Shown: positions 10,328 through 20,252 of the stretch, in pieces
Position numbering within the stretch: position 1 is the first letter of the stretch
Layout: each line of letters opens with the position of its first letter
DNA from: Candidatus Binatia bacterium
GTDB taxonomy: Bacteria; Desulfobacterota; Binatia; UBA12015
DNA: 64,000 nucleotides
Direction of reading: 5' to 3'
Assembly: GCA_965658895.1 (NCBI GenBank)
Contig: CBFHUR010000011.1
Span: forward strand, 9,275-73,274
Notes under the pieces: model-generated
Databases searched by the model: none
What the model saw: only the letters and a program-made list of their open reading frames with translations
Told to the model about the DNA's origin: nothing
Program-made: the position numbers and the translations under genes

Positions 10328-10810
10328 ATGAAGGTCCGAACCCCTACGGAAGTAACTCTGATGTCCAGATTTCGAAAAACAGCGACCCTCGCGGTCCTGA
10401 TCATCCTTGCCTGCGCCACATCCGCGACAGCGGCCGACCGTCTGCCCAGTATCTTCACCCTGCCGAACCAGACCGCTTTTGTGCCGACCGATTCGAGCAC
10501 GCAGCGAAACCTGGCATCCGCGTCCAAGGAACTCGCGCGCCTCTCGACGACATTCGAGAAATGCTACACCAAGGGTGTTCGGAATATCTCGAAAGGCAAA
10601 CCTCACAATCTCGAGGTCTGCCTGGGGCGGGCACAGGCCCGCTTTGAGGCAAAACTCGCAGCCATCGAAAACAAGGGTGCGGGGATTCCCGGCTGTGCAG
10701 ATTTCCGCCAGATGGCACTCGCGATTGGCCTTGGTCGCCAAAACCTGAACAGTTTGCAGTATTGCGCCTCGCCTGCCGGCGCCATGGTCGACGGGCCGAT
10801 TCTCTACTAG
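10328..10810 (+). CDS. Secreted hypothetical protein, 4 Cys in the mature part, C-terminal YCASPAGAMVDG motif
   Basis: Signal-peptide-like RFRKTATLAVLIILACATSATA-A followed by a predicted helical body. Start 10328 or 10361. Confidence 0.75.
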   Translation: MKVRTPTEVTLMSRFRKTATLAVLIILACATSATAADRLPSIFTLPNQTAFVPTDSSTQRNLASASKELARLSTTFEKCYTKGVRNISKGKPHNLEVCLGRAQARFEAKLAAIENKGAGIPGCADFRQMALAIGLGRQNLNSLQYCASPAGAMVDGPILY

Positions 10811-10858
10811 CCCGATCAACCCGCATGGAACGCCTCCGCCCGGGAGCGGCGGACCGCT

Positions 10859-11452
10859 TCAGTCCGACGTTTCCGGCTGCCGGCCTCCAGGGACAAGACC
10901 TGGATGGGAGGCGTCGGTCTCCAGATCCGAACCATCCTCTGGTTGGCCCTGCTCCAGGACCCAGGCCCGCAACTGCCGCGCCGAGATCGCGCCGGCGCCC
11001 CTCGGTTCGTTCACCGAAAGGTCCACATAGTCCTGATCCAGCTCGCCGCGCGCGTCAATCACAACGACGCTGGCGCGAAAGCTGCCCGGGATGCGATAGG
11101 TGTGGGTCGGATTCGGCTCATCACTGAACCGCGTACCGTCGCCAAAATCCCAATGATAGCGATAAGGCGGCAGTCCGGTTCCCGGCAGAACCTCCACCTC
11201 CAGGCTGACCGTCAGCGGGAACACGCCGATAGACTCATCCGCATCCGCAAATACCGTCAACGCCCCGATCGAAGCCACGTCTCGAGCGCCAGATGCCTCG
11301 ACAGCCCCCGGCGTATGGCTGGCCCCGACCGGCGACGACACCGGCGTCGGGCCTGGCAAAGAGAGCGATCCAGCATCGGGTTCTTCTGCCAGCGTCCAGC
11401 CCGAGGTCGCCGCCAAGAACGTCATCAAGATCAACAGACTCCTCGAAAACAT
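10859..11452 (-). CDS. Secreted PKD-domain protein
   Basis: Signal peptide; YRYHWDFGDG...PNPTHTYRIPGSFRASVVVID PKD signature. Confidence 0.85.
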   Translation of the reverse strand: MFSRSLLILMTFLAATSGWTLAEEPDAGSLSLPGPTPVSSPVGASHTPGAVEASGARDVASIGALTVFADADESIGVFPLTVSLEVEVLPGTGLPPYRYHWDFGDGTRFSDEPNPTHTYRIPGSFRASVVVIDARGELDQDYVDLSVNEPRGAGAISARQLRAWVLEQGQPEDGSDLETDASHPGLVPGGRQPETSD

Positions 11453-11498
11453 GCCTCAAGGTGTTGCAGTCCGTCCGTCTGCCAGTCAAGTAGGAGAA

Positions 11499-12209
11499 AT
11501 GCTGACGCAAAAACGCTCCCCATGGCTCGATCGCATTGGTTCTCTTCTGACGGCACTCTTGGTGTCCGGGCTGCTGCTCGGCTGGCTCCGGGCAATCTCG
11601 GCCCTGAATGGCTTTTACTTATTTGCACTCGGAGGCATTGGCGCTGCACTGGTCTCATTGGTTTTTCTTTTTCGCCGCCTGCGAGGGCAAGCCCTGGGGG
11701 CCTCCGGGATCCTCACCTGCAGCGCCGGACTGATCTTCGTGCTCGCCGTTGGCACCTCGTCAGGGGACGGTCCTCCGATCAACGATTTCACCACCGACCT
11801 CGACAATCCACCCGCGTTCGCCCATGCCCGCACACTGCCCGCGAACCTCGGCCGCGACATGGGCTATCCCGCCGACTTCGCAGCCCAGCAGCGCGAATGC
11901 TGCGCCTTCCTGGCAGCACAAACATTCAACGCGGCGCCGCAGGAAACACTGACCGCGATCGCGATTGTAGCGGAAGCCGAACCACAATGGACCGTGACCG
12001 CCGTCAATCCAGAAATGGGGACGCTCGAGGCCGTAGCCACGTCCTTTGTCTTCGGTTTCCAGGACGACGTGCTGATCCGAGTCATACCTGAGGGCACGGG
12101 AAGCCGGGTCGATATCCGATCCAAGTCGCGTGACGGCAAGAGCGACCTTGGCGCGAACGCCGCGCGCATTCGCGGTTTTCAGAACCAGCTATCCAGCCAG
12201 ATTCGCTGA
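11499..12209 (+). CDS. DUF1499-family membrane protein
   Basis: Three TM segments then PPINDFTTDLDNPP...LEAVATSFVFGFQDDVLIRV...SRVDIRSKSRDGKSDLGANAARI. AGGAG SD before ATG 11499. Confidence 0.88.
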   Translation: MLTQKRSPWLDRIGSLLTALLVSGLLLGWLRAISALNGFYLFALGGIGAALVSLVFLFRRLRGQALGASGILTCSAGLIFVLAVGTSSGDGPPINDFTTDLDNPPAFAHARTLPANLGRDMGYPADFAAQQRECCAFLAAQTFNAAPQETLTAIAIVAEAEPQWTVTAVNPEMGTLEAVATSFVFGFQDDVLIRVIPEGTGSRVDIRSKSRDGKSDLGANAARIRGFQNQLSSQIR

Positions 12210-12223
12210 GGAGCCCAGTCATG

Positions 12224-12251
12224 AAAGTCCTTGGGGCACAGGGACTTTTTT
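12224..12251 (+). terminator. Putative intrinsic terminator after the DUF1499 gene
   Basis: AAAGTCCTTG-GGGCA-CAGGGACTTT hairpin followed by a T-run. Confidence 0.65.
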
Positions 12252-12273
12252 AATCCGAAGGTGATCGGTTTCC

Positions 12274-12302
12274 TTGACACTACCTTCACATTCGCGTACT
12301 CA
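12274..12302 (+). promoter_or_regulatory. Putative sigma70 promoter of the HU gene
   Basis: Perfect TTGACA-17nt-TACTCA in an AT-richer intergenic stretch; GGAGGAGG SD downstream. Confidence 0.5.
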
Positions 12303-12356
12303 GGTCCTCGCTAAAGACAGAAACTTAGTTCAACCAGTTTGGGAGGAGGTGCAAGA

Positions 12357-12647
12357 ATGACGAAGACGGAATTGCTGACGGTACTTGCAGAGTCTGCGGA
12401 TATTACGAAGAAGCAGGCAGATCAGGTGTTGACGGAACTGGTCACCACGGCCGCAAAGGCTGTCAAAAAGGGAGATCCGGTGAAAATTCCCGGGTTGGGA
12501 ATCCTGCGACTGCGCAAGATGAAAGCCCGTATGGGTCGGAACCCGCAGACAGGTGAAGCGATCAAGATCCCGGCCCGCAAGAAGGTTGGTTTCACGGTGG
12601 CCAAGGCCTTCAAGGACGGCGTTCTCGGCGTCAAAAAGAAGAAATAA
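12357..12647 (+). CDS. hup: HU/IHF-family histone-like DNA-binding protein
   Basis: MTKTEL...IPGLG...KARMGRNPQTGEAIKIPARKKVGF...K; strong SD. Confidence 0.95.
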   Translation: MTKTELLTVLAESADITKKQADQVLTELVTTAAKAVKKGDPVKIPGLGILRLRKMKARMGRNPQTGEAIKIPARKKVGFTVAKAFKDGVLGVKKKK

Positions 12648-12696
12648 TCCTCTATCCCGACGACGGGGCTTCGCGGCACCGTCGAGAGAGTTTTCG

Positions 12697-12724
12697 AAAA
12701 AGCCCTGAGAAATCAGGGCTTTTT
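12697..12724. terminator. Bidirectional intrinsic terminator between convergent hup and secA
   Basis: Perfect 12-bp stem AAAAAGCCCTGA-GAAA-TCAGGGCTTTTT. Confidence 0.9.
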
Positions 12725-12761
12725 CTCGTTTCGGCGCAAGACGTGGCGCCAGGCCCAGGGT

Positions 12762-15425
12762 CTATTTACCGTGGCAGCGTTTGTACTTCTTGCCGCTACC
12801 GCACGGGCAAGGATCGTTGCGCCCGACCTTGTCTGCAGCGCGTACCGGTTCCTTGGGAATGTCGCTGACGGCCCCGTGACTCAGGGTCATCGGTGCCGGC
12901 TTTCGTTCCTCTTCGAGTCGCTCGACGTCCTCATCGCGAACCAGTTGCACCGTAAAGAGCTTGCGGATCGACTCGGATTCAATCCGGTCAATCATCTCGC
13001 CGAAAAGACCGAATCCTTCCTTCTGGTAAGCCTGAAGGGGATTCTGCTGCGCGTAGCCGCGCAACCCCACGCCCTCTTTGAGGCGATCCATCGATAGCAG
13101 ATGATCCTTCCACTGCTGGTCGATCGTCTGCAACATCACGACTTTCTCAAGATGGCGGATGACCTCGGGGCCGTATTGGTCTTCCCGAGCCGCATAATAG
13201 TCGCGCGCCTTGCCCGCCAGAACCTCGGCAAAGTCGTCGATGCTCAGCTCGGAGCGCTCCTGATCCGAGAACTCCAGGGCCAGACCGAAACGTTCCTGCA
13301 TCCCGCGCTCGATCTCGGACCAATCCCAGGCGTCAGGCTGTAGATCATCATCGACGAACTCGGCCACCACGCTCTCGGCCAGATCGTCGACCATTTCGTC
13401 GATCCCGTCACGAGCAGCGGATTCTCCGAGAGCTTCACGGCGCCGGTGATATACCACCTCGCGCTGCTTGTTCATCACATCATCGTATTCGATGAGGTGT
13501 TTACGGATATCGAAGTTATGCCCCTCGACCTTGGCCTGCGCATTGGCGACCGCCTTGGTGATCATGCGGTGTTCGATCGGCTCACCTTCCTCGATGCCGA
13601 GGCGGCTCATCACACCCTGGATACGCTCGGCGCCGAAGATACGCATCAGGTCGTCTTCAAGACAGAGGAAAAACCGTGAGGATCCCGGGTCTCCCTGCCG
13701 GCCGGACCGACCCCGAAGCTGGTTGTCGATCCGACGCGACTCGTGGCGCTCGGTCCCGATAATATGAAGTCCGCCGGACTCCATCACCTTGGCTCGCTCC
13801 TCTTCGCATCCCGCCGAGAAACGATCACGAGCCGCCACAAACGCCTCGTCATTCGGATCATTGGTCCCGACTTCTGCCTGCGCCAACGCCTCGGGGTTCC
13901 CCCCCAGGACGATATCCGTTCCACGGCCTGCCATATTGGTCGAGATCGTCACCGCCCCCAAACGACCCGCCTGCGAGACCACGCTGGCCTCCCCGCCATG
14001 GTTCTTCGCGTTCAAAACGTGGTGACGAACGCCGCGCTTTTTCAGAAGCTTGGAAAGCGACTCGGATTTCTCGATCGAGATGGTACCGACAAGCACGGGC
14101 TGCCCGGTCTCGCGACAGGCCTGCACCTCTTCAATCACGGCATCGAATTTCTCGCGTTCGGTCTGATAGACCACGTCGGGTCGATCGTCACGAACCATCG
14201 GCCGATGGGTCGGTGCGACTACGACATCGAGATCATAGATCTTCTTGAATTCGATCGATTCGGTATCCGCGGTGCCCGTCATTCCGGACAATTTATCGTA
14301 CATGCGGAAATAATTCTGGAAGGTGATGGTTGCGAGAGTCTGATTCTCGCGCTCGACCGTGACGCCCTCTTTAGCCTCGACGGCTTGATGGAGACCGTCG
14401 GACCAGCGCCGCCCCGGCATCATACGACCGGTGAACTCGTCCACGATCACGATCTCGCCATCGTTCACCACATAATCGACGTCCTTCTGGAACAATGCAT
14501 GCGCGCGCAACCCCTGATTGACGTGATGAAGGGTATCGATATTGGCCGCATCATAGAGATTGTCGACCGAGAGTAATTTCTCGCACTTCTCGATGCCCTG
14601 CTCTGTCAGGATTACGGATTTATGCTTTTCGTCGACCGAGAAGTCGCCCTCTTCAGGCTCGCCCTTCTCGACTTTGCGCCCGGCTTCCAGACGCGGAATG
14701 ATCTGGTTGATTTCCTGATACTTACCGGTCGAGTCGTCAGCCGGCCCCGAGATGATCAGCGGTGTCCTGGCTTCGTCGACGAGGATCGAGTCCACTTCAT
14801 CGACGATCGCAAAATGCAGATCCCGCTGGACATAATCCGCGAGATTGAACTTCATATTGTCGCGAAGGTAATCGAATCCGAATTCGTTGTTCTGCCCGTA
14901 GGTAATATCGGCCTGATAGGCAGCGATTCGCTCCTCTTCACTGATCCCGTGGAGAACCACGCCCACCGACAGACCCATGAATTTATAGATACGGCCCATC
15001 CACTCCGCATCGCGACGCGCAAGATAGTCGTTCACCGTGACCACGTGCACACCTTTGCCGGTGAGCGCGTTTAGATAGGCAGGCAAAGTCGCGACCAGCG
15101 TCTTGCCCTCTCCGGTCTTCATCTCCGAGATCCGACCACTGTGGAGGATCATGCCACCCAGCAACTGGACATCGAAGGGCCGCATGCCCACCGCACGCCA
15201 GGCAGCCTCACGGGCCACCGCGAAAGCAGGCACCAGAATATCGTCGGTGGTCTCGCCTTCGGCGAGTCGTTGCCGCAGAATCCCTGTCTGGCTGCGGAGT
15301 TCCTCATCGGACAGCGACTTGACGCTTTCCTCAAGCTGGTTGATCTCATCCACCAGCGGAAGCAGCTTTTTCAGCTCCCGATCGTTTCTGCTTCCGAATA
15401 CCTTCCTGACGAGTCCACCGAGCAT
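12762..15425 (-). CDS. secA: Preprotein translocase ATPase SecA
   Basis: [38 protein letters not shown]-terminal SEC-C motif [19 protein letters not shown]. Confidence 0.99.
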   Translation of the reverse strand: MLGGLVRKVFGSRNDRELKKLLPLVDEINQLEESVKSLSDEELRSQTGILRQRLAEGETTDDILVPAFAVAREAAWRAVGMRPFDVQLLGGMILHSGRISEMKTGEGKTLVATLPAYLNALTGKGVHVVTVNDYLARRDAEWMGRIYKFMGLSVGVVLHGISEEERIAAYQADITYGQNNEFGFDYLRDNMKFNLADYVQRDLHFAIVDEVDSILVDEARTPLIISGPADDSTGKYQEINQIIPRLEAGRKVEKGEPEEGDFSVDEKHKSVILTEQGIEKCEKLLSVDNLYDAANIDTLHHVNQGLRAHALFQKDVDYVVNDGEIVIVDEFTGRMMPGRRWSDGLHQAVEAKEGVTVERENQTLATITFQNYFRMYDKLSGMTGTADTESIEFKKIYDLDVVVAPTHRPMVRDDRPDVVYQTEREKFDAVIEEVQACRETGQPVLVGTISIEKSESLSKLLKKRGVRHHVLNAKNHGGEASVVSQAGRLGAVTISTNMAGRGTDIVLGGNPEALAQAEVGTNDPNDEAFVAARDRFSAGCEEERAKVMESGGLHIIGTERHESRRIDNQLRGRSGRQGDPGSSRFFLCLEDDLMRIFGAERIQGVMSRLGIEEGEPIEHRMITKAVANAQAKVEGHNFDIRKHLIEYDDVMNKQREVVYHRRREALGESAARDGIDEMVDDLAESVVAEFVDDDLQPDAWDWSEIERGMQERFGLALEFSDQERSELSIDDFAEVLAGKARDYYAAREDQYGPEVIRHLEKVVMLQTIDQQWKDHLLSMDRLKEGVGLRGYAQQNPLQAYQKEGFGLFGEMIDRIESESIRKLFTVQLVRDEDVERLEEERKPAPMTLSHGAVSDIPKEPVRAADKVGRNDPCPCGSGKKYKRCHGK

Positions 15426-15437
15426 GTTCAGGCAAGC

Positions 15438-16280
15438 CTAACCGCTGGTGTGGTTCGCTGCAAAACCCGCAGACGGGCGCAGCTCGATCCGACGGGCCGC
15501 CTCTACGCTATTGCCGTAGAACCTCGAGCCCAGCTGAATGAAGCGATCCGGTACATCCGTCACACAAAACGTCGCTTTCCCCGCAGGGGAAAGGCCCAGA
15601 AGGCCCTCGGCCTCGAGCGCCTGGTGCAAGGCGTGGGCGGTGGCCTCAGCCGAGTCGACTACCGTGACCTGTGGACCCAGAAAGTCCCGAATCATCGGCG
15701 CCAGCAGGGGATAATGGGTACATCCGAGCAGAAGCGTATCGATCTCCTGATCGCGCAGAGGGGCCAGATAGCGGGCCACCACAGCCCGAGTGATCTCGTT
15801 GTCGACCCACCCCTCCTCGGCAAGTGGCACAAACAAGGGACAGGCCCGGGTAAAGATCTCGATTGCTCCGTCGACCGCCGCAATGGCATCCGGATACGCC
15901 CCGCTCGCCAGAGTGGCCTCGGTTCCTATAACCCCCACCCGACCATTTCGCGTCGCTCGGACAGCCGCACCAGCCCCCGGGCTCACCACTCCCACCATCG
16001 GGACTGAAAAACTTTCCCGGAGGTGCGGCAGCGCCATTGCCGAGGCCGTGTTGCAGGCAACCACGATCGCCTTGACCTCACGCTCCATGAAAAATCGAGC
16101 GATCTCCAACGAGTAGGCAGTCACCGTCGCCGCCGATTTGGTCCCGTACGGCACGCGAGCCGTGTCGCCGAGATAAAGCAGGTTCTCCCGCGGGAGAAGC
16201 TCCGCAATCGAGGCAAGAACCGTCAGGCCGCCCACACCGGAGTCAAAAACACCAATTGGTCGCTCGCTCGGATCCCCCAT
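15438..16280 (-). CDS. murI: Glutamate racemase
   Basis: IGVFDSGVGGLTV, GDTARVPYG, VACNTAS, LGCTHYP. Confidence 0.98.
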   Translation of the reverse strand: MGDPSERPIGVFDSGVGGLTVLASIAELLPRENLLYLGDTARVPYGTKSAATVTAYSLEIARFFMEREVKAIVVACNTASAMALPHLRESFSVPMVGVVSPGAGAAVRATRNGRVGVIGTEATLASGAYPDAIAAVDGAIEIFTRACPLFVPLAEEGWVDNEITRAVVARYLAPLRDQEIDTLLLGCTHYPLLAPMIRDFLGPQVTVVDSAEATAHALHQALEAEGLLGLSPAGKATFCVTDVPDRFIQLGSRFYGNSVEAARRIELRPSAGFAANHTSG

Positions 16281-16283
16281 GAA

Positions 16284-16913
16284 TCAGCCCACCGCCGCGC
16301 GACCGTAGCTTTCAAGGCGTTTCCGGATCTCGACAATGCCCTCCTTCGAGAGAGCCGAAAAGGGAAAGACTTCGGCCACGTCGGCACGCAGCGCCGACAA
16401 GGCCTTCCGCCGCGCCTCGCGTTTCAATTTATCCACCTTGCTTGCCACTACCAGGATATCCTTACCATGGTCTTCGGCGAAGGTGATCATCACGCGATCC
16501 CCCTCAGTGAGACCGCGTCGCGAGTCGACAACCACAACGATCGCTCGTAGCGCTTCGCGACCCGAGATATAGCGCTCCACCATCGGACGCCACTGCGCCC
16601 GGACATGGGCGGGCGCCCGGGCGAACCCGTACCCAGGCAGGTCAGCCAGCGAGATGGGGCTGGGACCGACAAAAAAATTTACCTCCTGGGTCCGACCCGG
16701 CGTCTTGCTGGTTCGAGCCAGACCGCCATGCCGAGTGAAGCAATTGATCAGAGACGACTTGCCGACATTGGAACGGCCCGCAAAAGCGACCTCGGGCATT
16801 GCCAGTTCCGGTGGCTCCCCGGTGACACCGATCGCGCCAGCAAAGCGCCAGGCTCCGCCCGTGATTCGCTTTTCGCGCGGGGCGCGTTTCTCAGTTCCAG
16901 CCTGAGCCGCCAC
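16284..16913 (-). CDS. engB: Ribosome biogenesis GTP-binding protein YihA/YsxC
   Basis: GRSNVGKSS, SKTPGRTQ, DLPGYG, SKVD. Start uncertain; GTG 16913 chosen. Confidence 0.92.
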   Translation of the reverse strand: MAAQAGTEKRAPREKRITGGAWRFAGAIGVTGEPPELAMPEVAFAGRSNVGKSSLINCFTRHGGLARTSKTPGRTQEVNFFVGPSPISLADLPGYGFARAPAHVRAQWRPMVERYISGREALRAIVVVVDSRRGLTEGDRVMITFAEDHGKDILVVASKVDKLKREARRKALSALRADVAEVFPFSALSKEGIVEIRKRLESYGRAAVG

Positions 16914-17334
16914 CCTGGTCTTCGTATCGCGGTGCCGGCGTACCATAGCCAGAATCTCCAGTCTCTGTATCTTGGGCGGGCGCGGGCGCATCGAACTCGC
17001 GGAGCGAACTTTCCATGGGCCGAGGCGGTGCATTGAAATGGATCTTCTCGGTGCCCTCCAACATCGCCGGGGTCAAAACCCAGGTGCCATTGATCGAGGC
17101 GTTCCAGATCTCATTGGCGACCTCGACATCTCCACCCGTCACGCAATAGGCAATACCACCCGTTGCAGCCCCAAGAGCGGCATATACAGCCTTGGCAGGC
17201 ACATAGAATACGGTCGACAGACCGGCCCCTGCGCCAAGACCGGCCTCACGCCAAAACGACTCCTCGGCACGTGCCGTTCGCACCGAGCCGAGCAGAAAAA
17301 CTCCACAGAGTCCGATTAAAAGCCACCGCTTCAT
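16891..17334 (-). CDS. Hypothetical exported/membrane protein with Gly/Ala-rich hydrophobic core
   Basis: Signal peptide MKRWLLIGLCGVFLLGSVRTARA; GLGAGAGLSTVFYVPAKAVYAALGAATGGIAY...; disordered C-terminal tail. Confidence 0.75.
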   Translation of the reverse strand: MKRWLLIGLCGVFLLGSVRTARAEESFWREAGLGAGAGLSTVFYVPAKAVYAALGAATGGIAYCVTGGDVEVANEIWNASINGTWVLTPAMLEGTEKIHFNAPPRPMESSLREFDAPAPAQDTETGDSGYGTPAPRYEDQGGGSGWN

Positions 17335-17382
17335 CCGCCAATCCTCATTTCCGACCACATACACCTCCACAATCAAAACCAG

Positions 17383-18114
17383 TTACTCTGTACCAAAAAT
17401 CGCCTCTTCCGGCAGCATTCCCATCAGGAGATCGAAAGCCTCCTGCACCACAGACTCATCCTTGCACTCGATGGTCAGCTTGACGCTGAAATCCGAGGTG
17501 TCCATTTTGGGATAACTCCCGATGGCGACCGTCGGCAAACGCGCCGTGACTTCATTGAGAAATCCCGCGATCTGGCTCTCATGATGGCGGCTGTAAATCA
17601 CCCGCAAATGGTAGGGCTGACTGGAAAAGCGGTCGGCGAGAGCAAAGAACTTCTTACGCAGAATCTCGGGAACACCGGGCAGGATGTAAACGTTCTCGAT
17701 CGAAACCGTGGGAAAGCCGAGCTGCGGATCCTCCAGCAAGGCAGCGCCTTGCGGCGCTTCGGCCATCTTCAAATGATGTTCATTCACCCGGTCGCCGAGG
17801 TAGCCGCGTATCGAAGCGACCAATTTTTCGTCCTTGATCACAGGACGCCCGAACGCGGCGGCCACGCCCGCAATCGTCACGTCGTCGTGCGTGGGCCCGA
17901 TACCACCCGAGGTGAAGACATGGTCATACGCCTGATGAAACTCACGGACCGTATCGGCAATCAGATCGATCTCGTCCGGAATGGTCAGGACCCGACGCAG
18001 CTCGACGCCAAGCTTACGCAACTCGACGGCGAGAAAGTTCGAATTCGCATCGAGGACCTTGCCCGACAAGATCTCGTTTCCGATAACAATGATGCCTGCT
18101 GTGGGTGTCGACAT
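17383..18114 (-). CDS. CinA-N/molybdopterin-binding (MoCF_biosynth) domain protein lacking the PncC domain
   Basis: IIVIGNEILSGKVLDANS, VFTSGGIGPTHDDVT, ILPGVP. Start re-assigned to ATG 18114. Confidence 0.88.
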   Translation of the reverse strand: MSTPTAGIIVIGNEILSGKVLDANSNFLAVELRKLGVELRRVLTIPDEIDLIADTVREFHQAYDHVFTSGGIGPTHDDVTIAGVAAAFGRPVIKDEKLVASIRGYLGDRVNEHHLKMAEAPQGAALLEDPQLGFPTVSIENVYILPGVPEILRKKFFALADRFSSQPYHLRVIYSRHHESQIAGFLNEVTARLPTVAIGSYPKMDTSDFSVKLTIECKDESVVQEAFDLLMGMLPEEAIFGTE

Positions 18115-18286
18115 AAGTTGACCGCGGTAGCGCCTTTCCCGATGACCTTGAATTTCCGGAGGCGCCCGGGACGATTCCTGACGAATTCCCCCGACACGCC
18201 TGCTCGCCTTCACCATACACGTCGGAACGTGACCCCGGCAAGCTCCGGGCTTGGACATCACGGTTCCGATCGGCGAAACTACTTCC

Positions 18287-18556
18287 ATGAACCGTGTCCA
18301 GCAAATCGAAACCCTCCTTGTTCGCGGCCTCGGAGCCACAACCGTCGAAGTGGAGGACGATAGCGCCCGGCATGCCGGCCACGCCGGTGCTCGCAGCGGC
18401 GGTGGACATTTCAACGTCGTGGTTGTCGCCGATCGTTTCCGAGGCATGACGACCATCGAACGTCATCGGGCGGTCTATGATGCCGTCGACGAGATGATGC
18501 CGGCCGAGATCCACGCCCTGGCGATTCGCGCCCTGAGCCCCGACGAGGCCGGTTGA
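18287..18556 (+). CDS. bolA: BolA-family protein
   Basis: VEDDSARHAGH...GHFNVVVVADRFRG...RHRAVY...IHALAIRA. Confidence 0.93.
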   Translation: MNRVQQIETLLVRGLGATTVEVEDDSARHAGHAGARSGGGHFNVVVVADRFRGMTTIERHRAVYDAVDEMMPAEIHALAIRALSPDEAG

Positions 18557-18599
18557 TCCGCTTGCACCCCGGGCTTTTTCCCGACAATTAACCCTCAGC

Positions 18600-20252
18600 G
18601 TGTCCATCCAGTACAGCATCGAACTGGCGGTATTCCTCTTCTGCGCCGTGGTCATCCTATCCGTGGTGGCTCGGAAGATGGCGTTTCCCTTCCCCATCCT
18701 GCTGGTTCTGGCCGGTGTAGGCCTGGGCCTGGTGCCACGCTTCCCGTCGCTCACGATCGACCCCGACATGATTTTCCTCGGCTGCCTGCCGCCACTACTG
18801 TTCTCGGCGGCTATCCGGATGCCCTGGCATCAGTTTCGCGAGAACCTTGCACCCATCAGCGGCCTGGCTCTCGGTCTGGTCCTGGTCACGGCGGGCGTCG
18901 TGGGGTTCGCTGCCCACGCCCTCATCCCCGGCATGACCCTTGCGGCCGGCCTGGCTCTCGGAGCGATCGTCGCGCCTACCGACGCCGTAGCGGCAGCCGC
19001 CATCGCCCGACGCCTCCGGATTCCCGACCGCGTCACCACCATTCTCGAGGGCGAGAGTCTGGTCAATGACGCCAGCGGCCTGGTGGCTTACCAATTCGCT
19101 GTCCTGGCCGTCATTGCCGGGACACTGAGCTGGGGCGAGATGGGACTTCGATTTGTTCTCGAGGTTGGTGGAGGCATTGGTCTGGGCCTGCTCGTGGGCA
19201 TGCTGGCGATCCTGGTCTTTCGCCGCATGGATGATCCCGTAGCGGAGATCACCTTTACCCTGACCTTGCCCTACCTGACCTTCCTCGGGGCACAACAGCT
19301 TGAACTTTCGGGCGTGCTGGCCGTAGTCGTCGCCGGCCTTTCCATCAGCCGCCGCGGCGAGGAAGTCTTCAGCGCCAATTCACGGATGGATACACATGCG
19401 GTTCTGGCCACGGTCGACTACCTGATCAACGGCGCGATCTTCCTGCTGATCGGCGTGCAATTGCAGAGCATTCTGTCGGGACTGACCGGCTGGAGTAATT
19501 TTGAACTCCTCGGGTTTGCCGCCATGACGTCTGCGTTGGTCTTCGGCGTGCGCCTATTATGGGCATACCCGGTGGCCCGGCTGGTAGGTTACCTGACCAC
19601 CAACCTGCCTCGTGGCTCCTATCCGGACCTTCACTGGAAAGATCAGGTCCTGGTGGGTTGGGCGGGGATGCGCGGTGTCGTTTCTCTCGCGGCGGCTCTC
19701 GCATTACCACTGACGACCCATACGGGGGATGCCTTCCCCGACCGCAGCCTGATTATCTTCCTCACCGCCTCGGTGGTTCTGGTCACATTGGTGATCAATG
19801 GACTCACCCTCCCCCTGATCGCCGGTGCCTTTGGACGACAGGGCGCTATCGACGAAGAAGAAAAGGAGAGAGCCGCGCGGATCTCGATCCTCAAGGCTCC
19901 GATCGCCGAATTTGACCGCCGGATGGCCGAGGAGAGTCTGCCACTCGACCCCACGGAAGTCATGTGGGTCCGGCAGAGCCTGGCCGGACGGCTCGACTTT
20001 ATCGATGGAGGCGAGGACCCGGCCAGAAAGCGGATCATCCAGAACCGCGGACTGGACCTCTACCTGCAGCTGCTGCGGGTGGAAAGACGCGAACTGCACC
20101 GGCTTTTCCGAAACCACAAGCTCAGCCAGGATAGTTTCACGAAGATCGAACGCGAAATCGACCTGGAAGAGCGAGGGGCGCGCAGTCAAATCATCGACAA
20201 GACTGCAGCACCCCGCCGCAAGTTCAGGCGGACAAAAGACTCCGACCGATAA
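18600..20252 (+). CDS. CPA1-family Na+/H+ antiporter
   Basis: About 12 TM segments; PTDAVA, ILEGESLVNDASGLV, GMRGVVSLAAAL. Confidence 0.93.
   Translation: MSIQYSIELAVFLFCAVVILSVVARKMAFPFPILLVLAGVGLGLVPRFPSLTIDPDMIFLGCLPPLLFSAAIRMPWHQFRENLAPISGLALGLVLVTAGVVGFAAHALIPGMTLAAGLALGAIVAPTDAVAAAAIARRLRIPDRVTTILEGESLVNDASGLVAYQFAVLAVIAGTLSWGEMGLRFVLEVGGGIGLGLLVGMLAILVFRRMDDPVAEITFTLTLPYLTFLGAQQLELSGVLAVVVAGLSISRRGEEVFSANSRMDTHAVLATVDYLINGAIFLLIGVQLQSILSGLTGWSNFELLGFAAMTSALVFGVRLLWAYPVARLVGYLTTNLPRGSYPDLHWKDQVLVGWAGMRGVVSLAAALALPLTTHTGDAFPDRSLIIFLTASVVLVTLVINGLTLPLIAGAFGRQGAIDEEEKERAARISILKAPIAEFDRRMAEESLPLDPTEVMWVRQSLAGRLDFIDGGEDPARKRIIQNRGLDLYLQLLRVERRELHRLFRNHKLSQDSFTKIEREIDLEERGARSQIIDKTAAPRRKFRRTKDSDR

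Noticed and set aside
20224-20252. Convergent 3' overlaps (antiporter/mcd 29 nt, dienelactone hydrolase/dusB 9 nt, tatC/DUF4911 4 nt)
   Set aside because: Common in compact high-GC genomes; no sign of functional antisense regulation.
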